Notes under the pieces: model-generated | Told to the model about the DNA's origin: nothing | The model's database searches: none | What the model saw: the letters and a program-made list of their open reading frames with translations, nothing else | In this document: positions 59,045 to 64,000 of the stretch, piece by piece | How the letters are laid out: every line of letters begins with the position of its first letter | How positions within the stretch are numbered: position 1 is the stretch's first letter | Source of the DNA: Psilocybe cubensis | Lineage: Eukaryota | DNA: 64,000 bases | Reading direction: 5' to 3' | NCBI GenBank assembly: GCA_017499595.2 | Contig: CM039003.1 | Coordinates: forward strand, 3,348,001-3,412,000 | Made by a program: the position numbers and the translations under genes

Positions 59045-60363
59045 CTACATTTCTTTAAATGCTACGATTTCTGCCACAAGCCTACGTCTCATTTTTTCTG
59101 CATCGGCATCGTCAATTCCATTGTTTTCTTCATGTTCCCCGCGGTCTTCAAATTCTTCCATGGGTCCATGTTCGGCAGCAAAGGTGGCACCCGATTGGGC
59201 TCCTTCAACGTCAATTATGAGATTATGGAGAATTATTGCAACAGTAATCCATTGACATGCTGAATGGTGATCACGATTGGAGTTGATATTAACGCGCAGT
59301 CCACGAAGGCATTGAAACCGGCCTTTAAGTGCACCCATACAGTGTTCGGATCGCACTCGGAGATGTGCAACATATTTGTCAAACAATGTGTTTGCTGGAT
59401 CAAGCGAAGCTGGCTTTTTGTGAACAGGTATTGTTCGGGAATTGACTGCATATGCTGAATCGGCCCATGCGAATTCTTCTCTATCAAAAAACCAGGTGGG
59501 ATGGGCTGCTGCACTGGTGTGCTCAAATGCTGCTGCATCATGAGCGGAACCGGTCATTCCATGCGAATAATCTACGATGCGTAAATTGGATGGAGTGTTA
59601 CCAATCTATTATTTTCCCGTGGTTAAGTGAGTGGAAATGCAAAAGACACAGTATATCTTACCTGAACATTTAAACCGTAGTTTCCTTTCCGTGTGTAATA
59701 TGCATCACCGTTGAGGCCCGGCTTTTTGTAAAGCACAACTATTGTTCCATCGTACATGACCCAACCTTCTCGCCAGGTTCCCTGAAAGCCTATTTGTGTA
59801 TCAATCCATGTCTTCTCTATTTCCTTTTCGGCTGGTGTTAAGCGCCTTACAAACAGGTCATGGAGAGATTCAATAGCTTCAAAACAGCGATTGGTGTAAG
59901 CATCAACTGAACCTTCAGAACATCCAGCAATACGGGCTATGTCCTGTACCGATGCACCATTTCCATATCTCCCCATCCGGTATAGTGTCACAGCTAACTG
60001 CTTTTCAACAGGCGCCTGTGGATGATTTGAACTGTTGTAAAAAACGGGATGCTCTTCGATTAAAGTGAGGATTGTTTGGAAGACCAATGGGGTGACACGA
60101 AGCATATCCTCAAACCGATGATGATTTGATGGATCTTCAGCATAAATCCAAGCAAGATGTATGTTATCTGTTTTTGGAACTTTGTTATCACGGCCATTAG
60201 GGTAGCGTGAAAGGAGAATCGAAAGAAATGCTTTGACATCGATATCAGACAACTGCTTGATTTTATCGATAGAAGCGTGATCGGGAGACATTAGAGAGTT
60301 TCGGATGATCATGGCAAGAAGGTAGTCATTCATGAATGTTTTGTGAACGGTTTTCAGTGGCAT
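59045..60363 (-). CDS. Harbinger/PIF DDE transposase (DDE_Tnp_4-like)
   Basis: Motifs QLAVTLYRMG, YDGT, YYTRKGNYGLNVQ|IGN (intron 59606-59661), GSAHD, WADSAY, SEHCMGALKGRF and ILHN. Confidence 0.93.
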
Positions 60364-61858
60364 GGTGATGATTTTTGTGGTACAGGCCGGTGCTATCCAA
60401 CAATCTACGTTGATTAAAGATTATCTACGCTGTCTACGTCATTGGGAGTGACACCGAAGTGACAGTCCAAGACAAAGCCAAGCATAGTCGGACTTCGAAT
60501 CATCGAATCGGTGGCATCGAAATACGACCAACTAGTCGGGTCGTATTTCAATTCTGAAGGTCCCTAATGACAAGCCGCGGAACGAAACGGGGTGATGCGT
60601 CAGCCGGCGATGCCCAAAATCTAACTCGTCAGCTCAATCAAACAAAGGCATCCAACCAACCCACCAACCCAATGCACCCCATCCTCAATGATCTCTTGCA
60701 ATCGTCGTATTCCCAGCCTTGACATCTGGATATACCCAATCCGAACGAATCTCGTGTGCCGTATTGGAACCTTACCCCCCGCCCCCTTATTGCAAATGCA
60801 ATGACGGCGACGGGGAGTTCCTCAGGTATTCATGAACGTGTATGCGAATCGGTTGGATCGTCCATAATTCAGTGTGTGGGTAGGGAGACTGTATGATTGT
60901 GTTCAGCATTGACGGGTTGGAGTATCTTCAGATCTTGACATTTGGTTTTGTTTTGGGTGCGTCACTCCTTGCTAGTCCTAACATCACACTGTTGACTTTT
61001 TCTACAATACATAGGGACTAACCCCTTCTCCTCGGCTTCTATTTCATTCTTTCATTCCTCTTCACCAGTCTGTCGCATTGAGCTGATCGTTTTGCTGCCC
61101 TGATCTCGGCATCTCCGAGCTTCTGCAACAGCTCATAAATCAATTGTCCTTCCAGATTTATGTGATCTTGCGAGCCTAGATGTACCATTCGATACACAAT
61201 ATTCACAGCACATATCCCTTCGATCAATTCCCCTGAGTTGTTTCTACAGACTATACCACCTTTATGCTCGCTGCTTGCCGTCACCTGCGCAGTTATCCCT
61301 TGACCTTCGTCGTGGTGCGTCATTCCATTTTCTCTATGCACATCTTCTGCTATGACTGATATTCTCACTACAGACTTCTATGCCGCGTGGAAGATGACGG
61401 CAGGTAAGTTAACATCTTACCAGATCTATATACCCGTACATATGCTCAGATACATAACCCGACTGCCCTGCTACGTCTCAGGACAGCATATACACGGGAC
61501 TTCCTGAATCCTCGCCATCTTCACCCCATCCCCGTCTCCAATGCTATCCAGTTCCCGGACTCGCCGCATCCGTCTTACTCATTTCCCTTAGCACTTACAC
61601 CCAGATCTGTGTCATGCAACTGTGTGACGGATACAGGGAGGTAATGGTCAGGGTAAGAACCAGATTGGATGCTTGTGACGGTCAGGTGATCCTGTTGTAC
61701 ATTTGATTGGGGAAGGGGATGAAGATGGATGGATGGATTATATGGTTCAATCAGCTGTCGGGTTGCTGAAGTTAAGGTGCTCATATTGCAGCATGTCCCG
61801 CAGCATGTCCCATCTTTCAATTCGCTCATCCTGATGCGTTTCGGGTTGAATAAGATAA

Positions 61859-61923
61859 CGATAGCGATGTGTTATGGGTGATGGGTTGAACGTCAACCCA
61901 TCACCCATAACACATCGCTATCG
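61859..61923. repeat. Perfect 31-bp inverted repeat with a 3-nt loop
   Basis: CGATAGCGATGTGTTATGGGTGATGGGTTGA-ACG-TCAACCCATCACCCATAACACATCGCTATCG. Confidence 0.95.
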
Positions 61924-64000
61924 GTACTCCAGATGTTGAGTAAGAATGTTCTGTGCTTGTGTTTACCTGTTTGGTTTCTTCGGTGGGTTGGATTACACTT
62001 ACAGCTGGAATGTGTACCCAAGTGGCCCATCGAGTGCGTTCCCATCCTCTGCATCTTTTCTGTGATCTGCGTCAACCACTTCACATACAACTATTCCAAT
62101 ATTCTGTCACGAATCTATCGCATCCAGTCAACTCGCATTATCGCACCTCCTCGTCCCTTTCATACCAAAAACAATGAGAATAACGGGGACGGGATGGTTC
62201 TACAATCCTTGTGTGGTGCGTGGATGCGTATGGGGATCGGATAGATCATGGATGGTGTTGTGTGCTATTTTCCCTGCTTGTATTCACGCACAGGAATGGA
62301 TCAATGGGTTCGAATACCTGAGGTATTGTTTTGGTGCATCGCTCGATTTTAGACATTATTGTTGACTTTCTCTGGATCAGATAGCGCCAACCTGCTTCAG
62401 ACTATGCAGCAACCACGTTCTGCCTTGCCACTGATCTTCTTGAGACGGCGCATTTGCGAACCATCCTGGAAGATCTATATGACATGGCTACCAAGATGCC
62501 CCTGCACACAACTCCCAATGCCATTTGGTGTTCTCTGTACATAATACTTGTAGTATATTGCCTTTATATTGGTTCCACATAACACCATTCACATCTCGAA
62601 CCCACTCCATCCGTTTTACATCATATAAGAAGAACTCATTGGATGCTGTGGAGGGCCATAGATGCCTCTTCATGCCGTGCCACTCCACCCTAGATAGGGC
62701 ATTCCGACTCCTATTCTCCAACTTCTGTTTTTCTGACTTCTGTTTCCAAATTCTGTTTCTGAATTCCTTATTTTCAATTTTGTTTCTTAATTTGATTTTC
62801 ACCTAATCTTATGTTTCTTGCTTCCATCTTATGATTCTCATTCTATTTCATATCATTATCCGCTTTTGGATTTTCAGTTTTCTTTTCTATCTTGATCTTT
62901 CTTTTATTTTGTTTTACTTCTTACCTTATGACTTCATTTTCTATTTCTGTCTTCACTTACGAGTCAGACAGGTCAGGAACAAAAATTATATGGAAATTGA
63001 CAAACCTCCCCCCCCCTCCACTATATACAACCCTCCAGCCAAATTCAATACCACCTACTTCTTTGACAAAGTGGAACACAAGGTGCAAGTCTTAGGTACC
63101 AGTTTTGAGGGCTTGGTTTCCTTGATATTACGGTTCTTCTCGCAATAGCTCTGGATGTACCCAAAAGTAACAGTGAGATAACTATTCTAGTTCCTAAGTT
63201 TGAGACAAGTGTTCAAATTATGCTTGTACAACTTGTTATCCAATTGCTGTCTTGCAAATGGACCTTCTAAGTTCTGGAGTAAATGTATTGTATTCAAAAC
63301 AATACTAAGCTAAAGTACATAGTATTCTAGTGCTCGTTTATATACTAGAATGTGAAGGCTGTGTCAAGATATGAGTTGTGTACTGTAACATGTTGGAGTC
63401 AAGGGATGCTATGTATAGATAAGGAGGCTGTGTAAGGCAGAACATGAAGCACGTTGAAGATTGAAGTTTGTGATTTGTTATAAGCTACAAGTAACCCAAC
63501 AAAAAACAACTCCAGGGAAAGAATGGTCCAGACTAGATAGGACAAAACCTTCACCTAAGTTTCTTAAGGGAGGACATTGCCTAGGATTTAAGTAGATAAG
63601 GATTGTGTGGATAGTAAAGGGTAAAGAAAGCAAGATGGTAAGTAGTGGATAGCCGGGTCTTCTGGGTACAATGGTAAATAAACCTTCAAAAAATGGAATG
63701 GAGCTGTGAAATTAGATAGCAGGTATATAAGGAAAGCGTGACAAAGGTGCGTAAAAAGCATAGGAAAAATCAATAAAGGTGAACCTTAAAGGGGTGGTCT
63801 GAAGAGAATTGAGGATGTTTTGAGGGGAAATGAGGAGATGACTGGGAGTTGGAATGTCGTTGAAGGGCTGAATCTTGGGGATGGTGAAGGTGAAAGAGTC
63901 TTGGTGCCGCCTTGCGCTGATAATTGTAGTATGTAATTTTTTATAGACTATAAACAACCCAACAAACCAAAACTCCAGGGAAGGAATGGTCCAGTCTAAA

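Larger units (their letters stand above)
57140..60564. mobile_element. PIF/Harbinger-superfamily DNA transposon, two-gene autonomous layout
   Basis: 45-bp TIRs GGGACCTTCAGAATTGAAATACGACC.. at 57140-57184 and 60520-60564 (44/45 match). Convergent accessory and DDE genes. Confidence 0.93.

Noticed and set aside
60600-62800. Fragmentary minus-strand ORFs (e.g. 61039-61368, 62488-62802), possibly an old TE or pseudogene
   Set aside because: No diagnostic motif, termini or TSD.
1-64000. CRISPR arrays, rRNA genes, prokaryotic operons
   Set aside because: None seen; all repeats are explained as LTRs, TIRs, tRNA paralogs, duplications or microsatellites in eukaryotic DNA.

Overview
Intron-rich eukaryotic DNA, almost certainly from an Agaricomycete (basidiomycete) fungus, judged from short GT-AG introns, DUF6534/DUF6698-like genes and chromoviruses. 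The window is transposon-dense. It holds three complete minus-strand LTR retrotransposons with 5-bp target-site duplications (TSDs): a decaying Gypsy chromovirus (4650-14358) carrying an unexplained intact 708-aa extra ORF, an intact Copia (16235-22469), and an intact, apparently self-priming Gypsy chromovirus (26791-32806). It also holds a two-gene PIF/Harbinger element (57140-60564), a hAT-like MITE nested in a CMC-like foldback MITE (45610-46734), and the probable right end of a CMC/CACTA-like element (to 2874). Beneath the TEs lies a mirror-image host locus. Inverted duplicated arms (~22.7-26.2 kb vs ~41.4-47.1 kb) each carry two paralogous Cys/His zinc-finger-like genes, small secreted CX3CX6C...CX6CX3C peptide gene(s) and a tRNA-Ser(CGA). 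The arms enclose an aldo-keto reductase, two more tRNA-Ser genes and a microsatellite-riddled HMG-box gene. DUF6534-like membrane-protein genes flank the whole unit. The four tRNA-Ser genes have identical bodies but three different anticodons. Family names come from motif recognition by eye, not from database searches.
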